Shown here piece after piece: positions 1 through 13,167 of a stretch of 64,000 nucleotides of DNA. Source of the DNA: Eledone cirrhosa (lineage: Eukaryota); NCBI GenBank assembly GCA_964016885.1, contig OZ024746.1, forward strand, positions 16,120,001-16,184,000. Direction: 5' to 3'. Under the pieces are notes generated by a model. It did not search any database, was not told where the DNA came from, and saw nothing but the letters and a program-made list of their open reading frames with translations. Positions within the stretch are counted from its first letter, which is position 1. The number at the start of each line of letters is the position of its first letter. The translations under genes and the position numbers were made by a program.

Positions 1-211
1 AGAAGAAAGGTAGAGGTGGTTACCAATGAAATTGTTAGTGAAATGTTTGTTTTTTTCTTTTATATATCTGTTATTTATCTGCAACATAATTTTAAATTCC
101 ACAGATCCCCTCATTGGTCTTAAATGGAAAGTTTACCATAATTTTTATGTGTCTTTTCTTTCATTGTCAATGTCATATTGTAAAGACTGGTCATTATTAT
201 TTATAAAGATG

Positions 212-870
212 GGAGGATGGGCAGAATCAGTAGAGTGTCGGATCAAATATTTCATTATGTCTCTTTGTGTTCTGGTTTCAAATACCACTATGGTTAGTTT
301 TGCTTTTAATCTTCCTGGGGGTTGATAAAATAAAGTACCAGTCGAATACTTGGGGGGGGGGGGGGGGGTAATTGATTTCTCCCTGAAATTTCTTTGTGGA
401 CTATGTTAGAAAAAATGATGGTGATAATGGTGGGTTGACAGAATTGGTAGAGCATCATTCAAAATCCCTGTGTTATTAGTTCCAGTTCTTCAGATTCTGA
501 GTTCAAATCCTCCTGAGGTCAACTGTGACATCCTTCTGGAGTTAATAAAATAAAGTTCCAGTCAAGTACTGTTGTTAATATACTGTAATCACCCCCCACT
601 CCACCCCAAAATTGCTGGCCTTGTGCCTAAATTAGAAACTATGAATGACAGTAGATTAGCAGAATTGGTGGAGTGTCAGACAAAATACTTTATGGCATTT
701 AATTATTGCTTTCTTTACATTCTGAGTTCAAATCCAACTAAGGTCATCTTTGTTTTTCTTCCTTCTGGGGTTTGATGAAATAAAGTACTACCAGTCATGT
801 ACTGGGGGTAATTTAATTGACTAAACTAATCCCCCAAATATCTGGCTTTGTTCTTAAATTAAAAAGAATC
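212..870 (+). mobile_element. Three tandem degraded copies of a tRNA-derived SINE (family S1)
   Basis: Each copy shows a degenerate A-box (GGCAGAATCAGTAGAG), B-box (GAGTTCAAATCC) and the conserved core ...GATAAAATAAAGTACCAGT, matching cleaner copies at 2183, 17793 and 51209. Confidence 0.8.
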
Positions 871-978
871 ATCATCATTATCATTATTATTACACTGTTA
901 TTCTTTGAATATTTCAATTTCTTTAAGATCATTTTTTTTTCTTTTTGTTTTTTTTTTTTGTGTGTGTTTGTTTGTCAG

Positions 979-1012
979 AACTGGAACTCCAGACATATAT
1001 TTTCCAATGTAG
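979..1012 (+). CDS. Candidate short terminal exon (phase 2: xTGTPDIYFPM*) or 30-nt cassette exon 979-1008
   Basis: Long T-rich tract ending in TGTCAG acceptor; open phase-2 frame ending at TAG; no homology support available. Confidence 0.3.
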
Positions 1013-1217
1013 TCAATTTATCGACATTATTTATCTTAAAACTATAAAGAAATTTCTCAGTGACTTTTTTTTTTAAATTCAAATTTGAAGTAAAAATAAA
1101 ACTGAAGCTATTTATGGTTCATATTTGGCACGAAAACCAACAACAACAACACATGAAACATAAGTGTTCTCATCAAAATAAAATTTCCACACTTGTTTCT
1201 TTAAATTTTTAAGAGAT

Positions 1218-1850
1218 AGGCGCAGGTATGGCTGAGTGGTCAAGGAATTCACTTTGAAACCAGGCAGGTCTTGGTTCAGTCTTGTTGTGTGGAACCTTAG
1301 GCAAGTGTCTTCTACTTTAGCCTCAAACTGACTAATACCTTGTCATATATATATATTTGTGTGTGTTTTTGTTTGTTTGTTTATGTCCCATACCTTAGTG
1401 GTTCAATAAAAAAAATAGACCAATAAGATAAGTAACAAATTTTTTTTAAAAACTAAGTACTGGGGTTGTTATGATATAAATCAAAGTGATGCCCCAGTAT
1501 GGCCACAGTCTAATGACTGAAACCAGTAAAAAAGGTATTAGGGTTGAAATGATCAACTAAATCAAGGTGGTGCCCCAGAATGGCCTCAGTCAAATGACTA
1601 AAACCAGTAAAACTACTGGGGTTGATGTGATCAACCAAATCAAGTCAGTACACTAGCATGGCTACTGTCTGTTTACTAAAGCCAGTAAAATAGTAAAAGG
1701 GATTGATATGAACTAAACCAGGAGAATGCCCCAGCATGGTTTCTGTCTGTTGACTAAAACCAGTAAAATAGTACTGGGGTTGATATCAACTAAATCAGGG
1801 CAATGCCCCAGCAAGGCCATAGTCTGATGACTGAAATTAGTAAAAGTATA
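1218..1850 (+). mobile_element. Second tRNA-derived SINE type with its ~76-bp 3' module tandemly repeated about 5 times
   Basis: Head GGCGCAGGTATGGCTGAGTGGTCAAG...GGTTCAGTC...CCTTAGGCAAGTGTCTTCTAC; repeated unit GTACTGGGGTTGAT...TGCCCCAGCATGGCCACAGTC...GACTGAAACCAGTAAAA at 1457-1850. Confidence 0.7.
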
Positions 1851-2135
1851 AAAGAGGATCTCTGGAATGTTTCTTCAGTTCTTTTTAAGGAATTTATTAA
1901 AGAACTAAAATGAATCAATGCTGTTAATATAGGGTGGTCTGAGGTTTATGTTGAATAAGTTATTGGTTCCTCTCTATAAAAATAATACTTTTGTATATTA
2001 TAAATATAGTTTGTTGTTTTAATTTACGATCAGTAGCCTGCTTGCTACAGATAAAGTTGCTTTAATCTTTACAGTTTAAGGTAACATTAGGGAAACATTA
2101 TATGCAGAGAAGAGAAGAACTGAGCCATTAAACAT

Positions 2136-2167
<32 letters not shown>

Positions 2168-2182
2168 ACATTATATGTGTGT

Positions 2183-2360
2183 GAATTGGCAGTATTGGTA
2201 GAGGGTAGGATATGCTTTCCAGCATAGTTACGTCCCTTTACAATCTGAGTTCAATTCCCGCCGAGGTTTACTTTGCCTTTCATCCTTACGGGGTCGATAA
2301 AATAAAGTACCAGTAATGTACTGGGATAATTGCTGGCTTTGTGCCAAAAGTAGAAACAAT

Positions 2361-2362
<2 letters not shown>
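2183..2362 (+). mobile_element. SINE S1, near-intact copy
   Basis: A-box TGGCAGTATTGG, B-box GAGTTCAATTCCC, core CTTTGCCTTTCATCCTTACGGGGTCGATAAAATAAAGTACCAG (Nin/Deu-like central domain), tail TGTGCCAAAAGTAGAAACAATTAT. Confidence 0.9.
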
Positions 2363-2398
<36 letters not shown>

Positions 2399-2582
2399 AC
2401 AATAACAGATTAAAGTTTAAGCAAAGAATCGCTGCTTTCACCCTTCCATTAAGGGTGAAAGCAGCAATTCTTTGCTTAAACTTTAATGTTATTTTAATAA
2501 ATATTTGCTCTAGGGTTCTTATATATTTGATATATATTTATCCTTATCGAGCCCTCTTTGGATTTTAGTCTTTGCATTTATT
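2399..2582 (+). mobile_element. Foldback element family A, copy 1, in (TA)n
   Basis: Inverted arms 2401-2446 / 2451-2493 plus a unique ~90-bp tail; near-identical copy at 43089-43293. Confidence 0.85.
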
Positions 2583-2618
2583 ATTATTATTATTATTATT
2601 AATATATATGTATATATA

Positions 2619-2693
2619 CAGGTGTCCCCCAAAAATGTGTACACACTTCAACAGCATTCTAATGAGAGTGTGTATACATCTTTTGGGACACCG
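2619..2693. mobile_element. Tc1/mariner-type MITE
   Basis: TA then CAGGTGTCCCCCAAAAATGTGTACACACT ... AGTGTGTATACATCTTTTGGGACACC inverted repeats; mariner-like CAGG(G)TGTCCC terminus. Confidence 0.65.
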
Positions 2694-3124
2694 TCTCTCT
2701 CTCTATATATATATATATACATATATATATATACAAACACATACACATAATGGCCGACTTAACACTGCTAGATAGAAGCTTAGAATCTTCTAAACAGACA
2801 GAATTGATGGCCAGTAGCTTTTTAGTGAAGTGGTTAACACATTTGCTTGGCATCTGACAGATATGGGGTTCACTTCCTTGCAATTGCCTTTATCTACCTA
2901 TTTCCTGGGGTTAATTTACTCAATTTTTTTTTTCAACTTATATTTATAATGGTCAACTGTTATTATTATGGTCATTTGTATTGTGATGCACACATTTCAT
3001 ATATATCTACACACACATGTATATATAATTGTCTATTTGAGAAAACACTCTCAACAGGGTCAAATATATGTGTTTGTGTGTGTTTGTGTGTATGTGTTCA
3101 TCAGGATACCAGTTCCATACCATC

Positions 3125-3345
3125 TGTTTCAACCACATCAACTACTCTATACAACACACTATATACTCTACAGCACACAACAACTACTCTATAAACACTA
3201 CATATTCTATACCACACATCAACTACTCTATACAACACACTATATATTCTACAACACACATCAACTATATACAACACACTATATATTCTACAACACATCA
3301 ACTACTCTATACAACACATCTACTATTCTATACCACACATCAACC
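3125..3345. repeat. Minisatellite, ~38-40 bp unit
   Basis: Repeats of ACACATCAACTACTCTATACAACACACTATATATTCTAC. Confidence 0.85.
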
Positions 3346-3829
3346 TGGAATCAATCAGGTGTTGGAGAAAAAGATCTGTTGGTTCGTTTCTCTTTTCATT
3401 TTATATTTTATTTCTCTTTTCTTTTTTCTTTTTCTTTTCTTTCTTTCTTTGTTAAGGAGGCTACTTTGGACATGGCAAGAAGATGGTATGACTTCTGAGA
3501 TATTGTATAGAATTGGATTGGGGTGTTGAATAACGTGGAATCTCTGTATAAAACAGACTCCACTATATATATGTATATACACACACACACATCTTAACAC
3601 AATCATATGCCATTAAATATTTAAAAAAAAACTGACTGAAAATCAGCTATGCCTTTTTATAGTTGAAAGGTGATGTGCAGTATTTGAAATTCTTGGTTGT
3701 GTATTCTAATGAGACAAAATGTTTTGGCTTTTTTTTTTTTTTAAATAGTTTCATTCAATGGTATTTGTTATAGGGAAACCTTAACCGAAACGTGGTGTTT
3801 GTTATAGGTAAAACTCAACTGAAGCATGG

Positions 3830-3861
<32 letters not shown>

Positions 3862-4072
3862 TTTTGGGATGGAAGATAATAGGGATCTTTTCTCTGTTCA
3901 TCAGATGGAGGCTATGCAGAGCCCATCACCCCCCTCTCCCACCCACCTTTTTTTTAGGCTTTCCTACATTTAATTCATTGGTTTGTTGGCATTTTATGAA
4001 TGGCCTCTTTATTGTTTAGGCTATACCATATTCAGCTTTTAATTGGATTCTGAAGTTTATTATTATTATTAC

Positions 4073-4103
<31 letters not shown>

Positions 4104-7100
4104 GATATAAAGAATAGTGTGCTCATACATGGAGATGCTATAAAATAGGGTACATACCCTTAAAGGTGAAAAAAGAAGTTGCCATCTTCAAATCAACTTC
4201 TGGTTCTCTAGTGCCATTCCAGATAGTTATGAGTGCAATTCACACTAGCCAATTTCACTGTTTATCACTCCAACATCAATAAATTAAGTACCTGTAATAT
4301 ACTCGGCTTGATTTAATCAGTTATATCCCTCCTTTAAAAAACTAGAATGTTTGTACGATAGTGCAGTGCTAAGTTTCTCACATGATGTACTCATGCCTGT
4401 TCCAACTCATTTGTTAGTGTGCTTAGGAAAGGTCTGAACATCACAGATCCCAATCCACTATTATAAATGTGAAGTTATAGTGGTAAACTGAGTTAAATAC
4501 CAGGGCTCCCAGCTTTGCTTTTATTGGTAATGCCCTTCAAACAGACATGGTCATCATAACTTCTCTGACTTTAGTATCAACTTAGTACTTTATCACTGAA
4601 ACATCCACCAACATCTTTTTTTTAAAAATAAATTTAATGTTTTTATATATGTAACATTGTAAATATCCCTTACATAAGTCTCTGTCTCTGTCCTGTTGCT
4701 TGGCTAACTCTCCTTAAATCGCTGAGTTTAAACCAGTTTAAACCAGCCTCATCATCTTCTGCCATTTGCTCTCCTTCAAATCGGTCATCAGAGATTTTTC
4801 TAACCAACGGGTGTTGTTATGACGATGATGATTGAATTACACCACAACAATTCCAGAACACTTTATAGTCATCATCCTTCCCATCCCTACACTCCCACCT
4901 TTGTTTTTTTAATTCATTAGATTAAAGATTTTGTCTGTCTATGGAAGCTAGGTTAAAGAGTTCCCTCATAGAGAATCATCCAGATGTATTGTTTTGCTGA
5001 AGTAAACATTCTTGTATGTGCTATGAAGCAGATAAAAGAATGTCTACTTGAGAACAGAGGTGATGGCACTACAGGAATAACTCTGTCTTAAAACTGACTA
5101 TATTTCTTTGCTTTTGGCTACGGAGAAAGTGAGAAAGAGAGATTAACTTATATCTAAGTTGAAACAAAATAATTTTGTGCGAAACAATTTAACCAAATTT
5201 TATAAATCACTGTTTCTTCTTTTGTAACCGTATGTAATCAAAAATCATGCTCCTTGTTAATGTTTCTTTTAATCAGTTCATGGAGGTTGTGGTATTTTCA
5301 CAGATTTTCTACATTATTGTTTTTATTTCCGATCATCTGTATATTTATTTTCTCAAAGTTTATGATAGAGAAGAATAGTCAGATATATTCTGGTTCACAA
5401 TTTCTTTTTAAAATCTTGTCTTAATCTTCTTCCATCTTTTTTTTTTTTTTTGATATATGTATATATATATATCTGATTTAAAAAATAATATATTTGTATA
5501 TATATTTAAAAATATATGCATATATGTATCTAAACATTTATATTGGGCTGTAACAACACACACACACATTCAGACACACACATACACATATGTCGCATGC
5601 ATATATGTGTATGTGTGTGTATACATTAGGCAGGAATCAAAGAGACTAGTTGCTTACAACCAACCAAGTACTGTATTTAAATGGTGACAAGGATGGTTGA
5701 TGTTGTTGTTGTTATGGTGTTGGTGTCAGTGGTGATGGTGGTGGTGTTTGGATAGATAATTACATAGTAACTGATTCAAGGTTAGTGTAAATTATTGGTG
5801 GATTTTCTTCCAGTATCAGCTGAAGTATGGCAGGTGATCACTTATAAACCTTAAAAAAAAAAAAACATATTTAAAATATTGTGCAGGCTTCATATTGGCT
5901 TCAATTACCTCCAAGTTACTGTTTCCCTAACCAATCCCCTTGGCTGTGAAAAGTGAAGCAACTGAATGCAACTGATTATCACAACTTTACGTTCAATGGC
6001 TTTTCTATTGAACTTTGGTTTCCCTTAAAGAGTTCACTTCTTACAAACTGATAGCAGGGAATGTGGCTCAGGGATGTAAACAAAGCTGGGTTTTTTTCCC
6101 CCTTTACTTTCTGGTTTTATTATTATTAAATCCTTTTTTGAGTTGTGGAGGTGGTGATGGGGGGAACGTTTGGAAACTTCTCAGGTTTTTTTACATAAAA
6201 CTCAACGTTGAATATGCCGCACAGCTATGCAGGACAGCCAAGTTTCAAGTGATACTTCAAGGCTGGAAGCCAATATATATTGATACTCTGGAATGGGAGA
6301 CACAGGTTAGAAGTAGGCAAAACTATATTGAACTTCTGATATCAGTTAGCAAAGTTGAGCTGGTGTGTTAGAAAAAAAAACAAAACAACCTACTGAGTAT
6401 GCTTACTCAAAACTGTGTGTTTAAGCTGTCCATCACAAACTCTCAGGAGGTAGTTAAGTAAAGTTTATAAACCATATCTTTCTTTAATTCCTACTCTACC
6501 AGATAATAATGATAATAATAATAATAATAATAATAATTTCAACAGCAATCAAATCTTTTCTGGGCCTTTTTTAAACTGTTTTTTTTTGTTTTTTTTTACA
6601 ATTTTTATTTTTAAAAAAAATCAATTCATACCTTTTTTTTGTGGATTCTTGTGAACCTATTTGATTGCTGTACACCCATTGCTGTCTGTTGCTTAGAGTT
6701 CCCAAGAATTGACCACTTTGGTGGAAGAGCAATAATGACAACAACATTATAGAAAAATAAAAAAAATTGTTTAAACATTTTTTTATAAAATGATATTTAA
6801 AAAAAGAAATCAGTTAAAATATCACCTGCTACTTTGCACCTTGTTACTTTGTTTTCTATAGCTTGTACCTTTATATACACTATTTGTCAAGCCTATGTTT
6901 ATCAGCCCAAATCTTTCATTGAAATTAATCATTTAAAACAAAACAAAACAAAAAAAAATGTAAAATTCTTGCCTACTTTTTCCATTGTAATCTTGTAAAA
7001 GTTGGGGGAAAGAAAAGAAAGAAAAAATATTGAATAATTGAAGGAAAACATGAAAACCCCTTTAAATATTTAAATAAGATTTTAAGAAAATTATCTCTAA

Positions 7101-7624
7101 GGTTATTCCTACAGCATGTACTCTGAATTTCTACCACTTATGCTACTCTTCTACTTCTGTGTGGCAAAGGCTCTAAGAATTCCTATACATTTAATGAAAC
7201 CAGCTCAGATTTGAGCTCATAAAGTTTAAAATAAAACAATTCCACACACACCAACATCTCTAAACAAGCTCCATTGATGCTATCTTTGTATTTTACCATG
7301 ATGAGGTAAATCAAAGGAGTTTTGTTACACAAGTATTTCTCTGATATCAAGTGATTCCTATGTACCAATCTCATATTTCTAAATATTTACAAATAACAAA
7401 TACTTTTCTTCCTTTTGTTTTTTTTTTTTTTAAACATTTCATGTTTTGTTTTTGTTCTTTTGTTTTCAATCAGTAAAATGAAGTGTGTCATAAATTTATC
7501 TAAGTTTTTTTAGAGTGTTTTACAATCACTGACGTTGAGTTCCATTGTTGATATAAGTTTTATCTAACTTAAAAATAAATAATAATTACTATAGCTGTTT
7601 ATACTAATAATCTTGGTTAAAGTA

Positions 7625-8090
7625 GGAGTATTGTCTGAAATAGTAAACAGCTGCACTATATGTTTATAGTACTGTCTGAAATAGTAAACAGCTGCACTAT
7701 ATGTTTATGGTAATGTCTGAAATAGTAAACAGCTGCACTATATGTTTATAGTACTGTCTGAAATAGTAAACAGCTGGACTATATGTTTATAGTACAGTCT
7801 GAAATAGTAAACAGCTGCACTATATGTTTATAGTACTGTCTGAAATAGTAAACAGCTGCACTATATGTTTATAGTACTGTCTGAAATAGTGAACAGCTGC
7901 ACTATATGTTTATAGTACTGTCTGAAATAGTGAACAGCTGCACTATATGTTTATAGTACTGTCTGAAATAATATAGAACTACACTATGTGTTTATAGTAC
8001 TGTCTGCTATAGTAAATAGCTACACTATATGTCAACAGTAATGTCTAAAATAGTATAGAGCTACACTATATGTTTATAATAATGCCTGAA
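7625..8090. repeat. Minisatellite, 41-bp unit, ~11 copies
   Basis: GTACTGTCTGAAATAGTAAACAGCTGCACTATATGTTTATA repeated, degenerating at the 3' end. Confidence 0.95.
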
Positions 8091-8304
8091 CTATGTTTAT
8101 AACAGATTATTGTTGAATACCTTACAGTTATAGAGCAACTACAAGAGTTAACATTAGGGCTCTTTTGTGTGGGGTTAGATTAATAAAATAGCTACCACTA
8201 AAACATTAAAACACTGTTGTCAATTCAAGTTGATTATTTAAACTTTTAAAGTGGGACTTTAAGCTCTAGAAGGCTATATATATTATTGTTATAAAAATGG
8301 ATGT

Positions 8305-8505
8305 GTGAATTAGCAGAATTGGTAGAGCATCGGACAACAAACTTTGTGGCATAGAGTTATGGCCATTTACATTCTGAGGTTAGCTTTGCCTTTCATCCTT
8401 ACAGGGTCAATAAAATAAAGTACCAGTAATGCACCAGAGTCGGTTTAATCGACTTTCCTCTCTCCCAAAATTGTTGGCCTTGTGCCTAAATCAGAAACCA
8501 TTATT
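8305..8505 (+). mobile_element. SINE S1 copy
   Basis: Core CTTTGCCTTTCATCCTTACAGGGTCAATAAAATAAAGTACCAG and tail GGCCTTGTGCCTAAATCAGAAACC. Confidence 0.85.
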
Positions 8506-9435
8506 ATATCCGTGGTAAGGTCATTAAAAAGTATTGATAAATATTAAGTGACTGCATACATGGTCTTGTAACTCCTGCGGGAGTTGTAGGGTAGCCATAT
8601 TGACTTACAGTGTTTCTAGGGCATTTTTTAAAACCTGCTGGAGCCCATCTCCTCTCCAAGTCATTAAGTGACTAGAACAAGCAATAAAATAGAAACTTCG
8701 TTTAGATTTTTCTGTTAAATTTAGTTATTTTTCTTAGAATATTTTCACAGTTTTAGTAAAGCCAATAATTACAAGATGGCATATCATTGATGTTAACATA
8801 AGTAAAACCACTTTTGCTGCAAATATTACATGAATTGACAATTGTTTCACAGATCTTTAACTACTCCTCATTAGGCTCAGTTAATATATTACTGAAAACA
8901 TTCTCTCGATTTATCCTAGCAGAAGTAACTTCACTTTTCTTGCCTTTCATACTTTTATTCCGAATTAAGATAGCCCCTTTTTATTAGTTTTTATTTTTAA
9001 TATTATCATATCAATCATTATGTTCATCATCATCATCATCATCATCATTATCATCATCGTTATCATTATGATCATTGTTATCATTAAAATGTTGACAAGA
9101 TGACAAATGAAATAAGAAGCAGTAGTAAGGGTGAGATGAATGTTTTAAATCTCCCTTAACAGTTTATTCTACTTTTTATTTATTCCATCACTTCAGAGAA
9201 TACCCTATCTTTTACAATATCAGTTTATCTTCAATTCTACATCAACATTCATAATAACTATTGCTATTCACAGAAACTAGACAACAGAATGAAACAACAT
9301 TTTTGGTTTTATTTTATATATATTTAACAAAATGTTATTAATTAATCATAGATTGTCTTTGTTTTTCTTCCTTTTAGAGTTTTAATAAATTACAGTCATT
9401 CACTTGATTCAAACTTCTCTCCCTCTCTCTGTGTA

Positions 9436-9670
9436 TTATATGTATATATACATAATATACATACATATATATATATGTATATGTATATATATATGTATAT
9501 ATTTATATATGTATATGTATATATATATGTATATATTTATATATGTATGTGTATATATATATATATATATACGTATGTATATTTGTATATGCATGTATAT
9601 TTATATATGTGTATATATATATATATATATAATATATATGTATGTATATTTGTATATGCATATATATTTA

Positions 9671-9702
<32 letters not shown>

Positions 9703-9735
9703 CGTATGTATATTTGTATATGCATGTATATTTAT

Positions 9736-9785
<50 letters not shown>

Positions 9786-9809
9786 ATTTGTATATGCATG
9801 TATATTTAT

Positions 9810-9890
<81 letters not shown>

Positions 9891-11455
9891 CACACATGCA
9901 CATATATACACTACATTTTTTACAAGATCAAATTGAGTCACACAATTATTTTCTCTAGTTTTAAAGTAATTAAAACAGAACAAGATACCAACAAATATTA
10001 AAACAGATCAGCATTTTATTATATTTTTCTTAGCAAAATAAACATCAGTAACAACTACAACAACAACAGTAACCACAATAATACTAACCCTGATGATATA
10101 GCAACTAACCAAGTCCAATTTGCTTTATTCTCTATCTAACCTGTGCAGATTTTAACGTTGTTTGTAAATGTCATCTTTTTACCTAAAGACTTTTTTATAT
10201 CCTCTTAATATTCATTATTTCTTCCACCAATATCCCCACCCCGGCATCCCTTACATACACACTCACACACACACTCACACAAATACAGCACACACACACA
10301 CATGCACACAGAAACACTCACACACACACTCACACAAATACAACACACACACACACACCAACACAGAAACAGACACACACACACTGATACACACAGAAAC
10401 ACTCACATTCACACAAATACAGCACACACACACACACAGAAACACTCACACAAATACAGCACACACACACACCAACACAGAAACAGACACATACACACAG
10501 AAACACTCACATTCACACAAATACAGCACACACAGATACACCAACATAGAAACACACACACACTCATACACACAGAAACACACTCACACTCACACAGCAC
10601 ACACACACACACACACCAACACAGAAACAGACACACACATAGAAACACACTCACACTCACATAAATACAGCACACACACACCAACCCAGAAACATACACA
10701 CACACTCACACACAGAAACACACTCACACTCACACAAATACAGCACACACACACCAACACAGAAACACACACACACACTCATACACACAGTTGCAGCTCA
10801 CACACACATCAACACAGAAACACACACACACACACACACACACACACCAACACAGAAACACACACACAGATACATCCTCATTCACATGTAATACAAACAG
10901 ATACACACATACACGCATATATAATACACACACACATATAATACATGCATGCACAGATATATACACACACATATAATACATGCATGCACAGATACATACA
11001 CACACATACACACACACACACACACATATATAATATACATCATTTTTTTTCTAGTACTCTATCCCTCTGTGTTTCTTTTCCTTTCACTCACACATATAGA
11101 CACATCCATATATATCCATACACATACACTCACACACATGCATACACACTCACACACACGCATACACACTCACACACACATATACACTCACACACACGCA
11201 TACACACTCACACACACGCACACACACATATACACTCACACACACGCATACGCACTCACACACACGCATACACACTCACACACGCATACACACTCACACA
11301 CACATATACACTCACACACATGCATACACACTCACACACACACATACACACTCACACACGCATATGCACTCACTCACATGCATACGCACTCACACACACT
11401 CACACATATAGACAGAATACACTCACACACACACACACATATATATAAATATATA
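9436..11455. repeat. Compound (TA)/(TG) and (CA)-rich microsatellite blocks (9436-9910, 10255-11455)
   Basis: Direct inspection; source of the YI/HT-rich pseudo-ORFs. Confidence 0.95.
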
Positions 11456-11712
11456 GACACGTACATACTTCATATTTCCAGCCCATATCCCTCTACTTCA
11501 CTCACTATAACCACTCTACACAGACCTCTTTCATCCACCTCCCCTCAACTTAGCTACTCTATACTTCCACTAATATATACAACTGATCCCTTTAATAAAT
11601 ATACAACTGATCCCTTCTCCCTAATCCCAAAAGTATCACTTGTGCAATTTCCTTAAAAATATAAAATAAAAATGTTTCTAAATTTTTTTTTCTCTCTCTC
11701 TCTTGCTTTCAG

Positions 11713-11721
11713 ACATACGAG
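11713..11721 (+). CDS. 9-nt microexon ACATACGAG
   Basis: TTTTTTTTTCTCTCTCTCTCTTGCTTTCAG acceptor, 9 nt, then G|GTAATT donor; frame-preserving length. Confidence 0.6.
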
Positions 11722-12954
11722 GTAATTTTATCTAATTAGTTTTTATTAACTATCCTCTCTCACGGTTTTAATCTAATATTTCTGGATATCCAACATATCC
11801 ATATTTCATAAAATATCTCAAATTAAAGAACATTAAATTAAAAAAAAATATATATGTATGTATAAAATTAATTTTTTTTTTTTTTTTTCAAAACTTAAAA
11901 AAAAATAAAATACTAAAACTTTTTGGAAATATATTATGAAAAAAAATAATTAAAAAAAAAATGAATGTGAAAGTAAGATAACAAGAAAAAATACAAAACA
12001 AAAGAAATGAAAAAAATAACGACAATAACATGAAGAAAATGATAAAGAACATGATAAGTATTTCGAAGATAACATGGATTATCAATCAAATACTCCTTTT
12101 TTTATAATCCAAAAATAACCTAAACTCCTTATTTCTATCATTTTTCTACTCCTTTTTAAAAATTGTAAAATTGTTTTTTCTGAATACTGACATTTTTAAT
12201 CATTCTTTTTAACTCACAATGACTGGCTGCGTGGCTGTTGTGTTTTATTGTTGAGATATATATATACTACTGCAGTGTGGCTGTTGTGTTTTGTTGTTGA
12301 GCAGTTGATATATATATATATACTGCTGCCTGGTTTTATGTCAAATCTTAAGTGAACAAACAATAGAAAGTTCAGTGTTTATATGCCTCATACATACATT
12401 ATCAGGCACACACATTCTTTTAAATGAGGATTAATTAAATGTATAATTCAGCCCAAAGTTATCCCCCCACCCTCTGCAATATTCAGTCCACTTGAAGAGA
12501 GAAACAAGAAAACTTTAACAAACGACATACAACATAATAATTCTATCACTTTTCCCCATAAAACTCCTCCATAAAACCCATTTTCCTTGTGTTCCCACAA
12601 AACTCCTTTCGTCTCTCCATACAGCTCCTCTTCTTTATGTCTTCTTAAAACTCCTTTTGTACTACCATCTTTATAATGTTAACTTTACTGTTTATTATTC
12701 CTAGATCAAAGTACCAGTAATATAATAGTAACTCTACACTCCTCAATTAAAAATGTCTGGCTTTCTGCCAATTTGAGAAATTATTATTGGATGTTAGAAT
12801 TATTAGAGTTTTTGTTCAAGCTGAGTTCAAATCCCACTGAGGTCAACTTTTCATTTCATCCTTCCAATCAAGTACTGTGGTTGATTTAAATGGATTAAAC
12901 CCCTCCCACAACATTTCTGGTTTTGTGCCTATATTATTAATATTATTATTATTA

Positions 12955-13120
12955 TTATCCACTGGTCACACAGCATTTGTTGCTGATGATGAAATTCTGT
13001 TGCCAGCTGTCCACAACCAGTAGACGGTGGTGGCACCCTCAATTGTCAAGCCCTTTTCTGAGTATCCTAGCAGTTCCAAGGAGTGTTATTTTCTCCAAGG
13101 GCCCCTCTCTGATGTTAGCC
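12955..13120 (-). mobile_element. 3' end of an RLE-type non-LTR retrotransposon (R4/Dong-like)
   Basis: Minus strand encodes LEKITLLGTARILRKGLDN*; flanked on both sides by (TAA)n. Confidence 0.75.
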
Positions 13121-13121
13121 C

Positions 13122-13164
<43 letters not shown>

Positions 13165-13167
<3 letters not shown>

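Noticed and set aside
2183-2362. tRNA-like A and B boxes as tRNA genes
   Set aside because: No cloverleaf; boxes belong to a multi-copy SINE with core and (ATT)n tail
7183-7374. Minus-strand 63-aa ORF; likewise 6015-6371 and 23535-23882
   Set aside because: No recognisable motifs or consistent splice signals
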